Of a stretch of 32,000 nt of DNA, positions 29,305 through 32,000 are shown piece by piece. The notes under the pieces were generated by a model. It was not told where the DNA came from and ran no database searches. It was given only the letters and a program-made list of their open reading frames with translations. Position numbers and translations under genes: made by a program. The stretch's first letter is position 1. Every line of letters starts with the position of its first letter. Origin of the DNA: Escherichia coli (GTDB lineage Bacteria > Pseudomonadota > Gammaproteobacteria > Enterobacterales > Enterobacteriaceae); NCBI RefSeq assembly GCF_041879485.1, contig NZ_CP168981.1; one strand, 5' to 3'.

Positions 29305-30024
29305 ATGAACACTATCGTATTTGTGGAAGATGATGCGGAAGTCGGTTCACTGATTGCCGCGTACCTGGCAAAACATGATATGCAGGTTACCGTAGAACCG
29401 CGCGGCGACCAGGCCGAAGAAACCATTTTGCGAGAAAGTCCGGATTTGGTGTTACTCGACATCATGCTACCAGGCAAGGACGGCATGACCATTTGTCGTG
29501 ATTTACGCGCAAAGTGGTCTGGACCGATTGTTCTTCTAACCTCTCTCGATAGCGATATGAACCACATCCTGGCACTGGAAATGGGTGCCTGCGACTATAT
29601 TCTCAAAACGACGCCCCCTGCTGTTTTGCTAGCGCGTTTACGTTTGCATTTGCGTCAGAATGAGCAAGCCACACTGACCAAAGGTCTTCAGGAAACGTCT
29701 CTGACTCCCTACAAAGCCCTGCATTTCGGCACGTTGACCATCGATCCCATCAACCGCGTAGTCACCCTGGCTAACACTGAAATCTCGCTCTCGACAGCTG
29801 ATTTCGAATTATTGTGGGAATTAGCTACCCATGCCGGGCAAATCATGGACCGCGATGCATTGCTGAAAAATTTACGCGGCGTCAGTTATGACGGACTGGA
29901 TCGTAGCGTGGACGTGGCTATTTCGCGGTTAAGAAAAAAACTGCTCGATAACGCCGCAGAACCTTATCGCATTAAAACTGTGCGTAACAAAGGCTATCTT
30001 TTTGCGCCTCATGCATGGGAATAA
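29305..30024 (+). CDS. rstA: Response regulator RstA (OmpR family)
   Basis: 239 aa from MNTIVFVEDDAEVGSLIAAYLAKHDM...; receiver and winged-helix domains. Confidence 0.95.
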   Translation: MNTIVFVEDDAEVGSLIAAYLAKHDMQVTVEPRGDQAEETILRESPDLVLLDIMLPGKDGMTICRDLRAKWSGPIVLLTSLDSDMNHILALEMGACDYILKTTPPAVLLARLRLHLRQNEQATLTKGLQETSLTPYKALHFGTLTIDPINRVVTLANTEISLSTADFELLWELATHAGQIMDRDALLKNLRGVSYDGLDRSVDVAISRLRKKLLDNAAEPYRIKTVRNKGYLFAPHAWE

Positions 30025-30027
30025 GCG

Positions 30028-31329
30028 ATGAAAAAACTGTTTATCCAGTTTTACCTGTTATTGTTTGTCTGCTTCCTTGTGATGTCTCTGCTGGTTGGGT
30101 TGGTGTACAAATTTACCGCCGAACGCGCGGGCAAACAGTCGCTGGATGATTTGATGAACAGTTCGCTGTATCTGATGCGCAGCGAATTGCGTGAGATCCC
30201 CCCACACGACTGGGGTAAGACGCTGAAAGAGATGGATTTAAATCTCTCTTTCGATCTGCGTGTCGAGCCACTGAGTAAATACCATCTTGATGATATTTCC
30301 ATGCACCGACTGCGTGGCGGCGAAATTGTCGCCCTGGACGATCAGTACACGTTTTTGCAGCGTATCCCGCGCAGCCACTACGTGCTGGCAGTTGGTCCTG
30401 TTCCTTATCTTTATTATCTCCATCAGATGCGATTGCTGGATATCGCCCTGATCGCTTTTATTGCTATTTCCCTCGCCTTTCCGGTGTTTATCTGGATGCG
30501 TCCGCACTGGCAGGATATGTTAAAACTGGAAGCAGCGGCGCAACGATTTGGCGATGGGCATCTCAATGAGCGTATCCACTTTGATGAGGGTTCGAGCTTT
30601 GAACGACTTGGTATCGCATTTAACCAGATGGCGGACAATATCAACGCCTTGATTGCCAGCAAAAAACAGCTTATTGACGGTATCGCTCACGAACTGCGAA
30701 CACCGTTAGTGCGCCTGCGTTATCGACTGGAGATGAGCGATAACCTGAGCGCCGCCGAATCCCAGGCGTTGAATCGTGATATCAGTCAACTTGAAGCTTT
30801 AATTGAAGAGCTGCTGACTTATGCCCGACTCGATCGCCCACAAAACGAGCTTCATCTTAGCGAACCAGACCTGCCGTTGTGGCTGTCAACGCATCTGGCA
30901 GATATTCAGGCAGTAACGCCCGATAAAACGGTACGGATAAAAACGCTCGTGCAAGGCCATTATGCGGCGTTGGATATGCGCTTAATGGAGCGCGTGCTGG
31001 ATAATTTGCTCAATAACGCCCTGCGGTACTGCCATTCAACGGTTGAAACCAGCCTGCTACTGTCGGGGAATAGAGCGACATTAATTGTTGAGGATGATGG
31101 CCCAGGGATTGCCCCAGAAAACCGCGAACATATCTTTGAACCTTTTGTTCGCCTCGATCCCAGCCGGGATCGCTCAACCGGCGGCTGCGGGCTGGGGCTG
31201 GCAATTGTCCACTCTATAGCACTGGCAATGGGCGGTACGGTTAATTGTGACACCAGCGAACTGGGTGGTGCTCGCTTCTCGTTTAGCTGGCCGTTATGGC
31301 ATAACATCCCGCAATTTACCTCTGCCTGA
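30028..31329 (+). CDS. rstB: Sensor histidine kinase RstB
   Basis: 433 aa; DGIAHELRTPLVRLRYRLE H-box, DDGPGIAPENREHIFEPF and GGCGLGLAIV. Confidence 0.95.
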   Translation: MKKLFIQFYLLLFVCFLVMSLLVGLVYKFTAERAGKQSLDDLMNSSLYLMRSELREIPPHDWGKTLKEMDLNLSFDLRVEPLSKYHLDDISMHRLRGGEIVALDDQYTFLQRIPRSHYVLAVGPVPYLYYLHQMRLLDIALIAFIAISLAFPVFIWMRPHWQDMLKLEAAAQRFGDGHLNERIHFDEGSSFERLGIAFNQMADNINALIASKKQLIDGIAHELRTPLVRLRYRLEMSDNLSAAESQALNRDISQLEALIEELLTYARLDRPQNELHLSEPDLPLWLSTHLADIQAVTPDKTVRIKTLVQGHYAALDMRLMERVLDNLLNNALRYCHSTVETSLLLSGNRATLIVEDDGPGIAPENREHIFEPFVRLDPSRDRSTGGCGLGLAIVHSIALAMGGTVNCDTSELGGARFSFSWPLWHNIPQFTSA

Positions 31330-31371
31330 CACTACGCGCACGATGGTCAAGTCACCACGACTGTGCTATAA

Positions 31372-32000
<629 letters not shown>

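Overview
This window is an Escherichia coli-type chromosomal segment with core gene order mlc (partial) - ynfL - ynfM - asr - ydgU - ydgD - mdtI/mdtJ - tqsA(ydgG) - pntB/pntA - ydgH - ydgI - folM - ydgC - rstA/rstB - TerB - tus (partial). A ~14.9 kb integrated element (about 6309-21195) splits tqsA between two copies of a 9-bp core, TGCTGTTAT. The element encodes a tyrosine integrase, an AlpA-like regulator, an Icd-like protein, a P4-family primase/helicase next to GGTGAACAGT iterons, and SSB. It also carries an HK97-type capsid/packaging set (major capsid, protease, portal, connector, head closure, HNH, TerS, TerL). I see no tail, lysis, or lambda-type early or repressor genes. This matches a capsid-forming phage-inducible chromosomal island (cf-PICI): it would make and fill its own capsids and take tails from a helper phage. 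The least explained signals are non-coding: (i) tandem 10-bp TTGTTYCACG-like repeats at four places (both ends, upstream of the capsid operon, upstream of alpA); (ii) paired TGACTACACC repeats near both ends; (iii) a cluster of inverted repeats at 6525-6789, three of them spaced exactly 27 bp apart; (iv) the P4-like origin iterons; (v) a 12-bp inverted operator before the divergent regulator; (vi) a hairpin directly before the capsid start codon. Gene identities come from recognising protein sequence and gene order; no database search was run.
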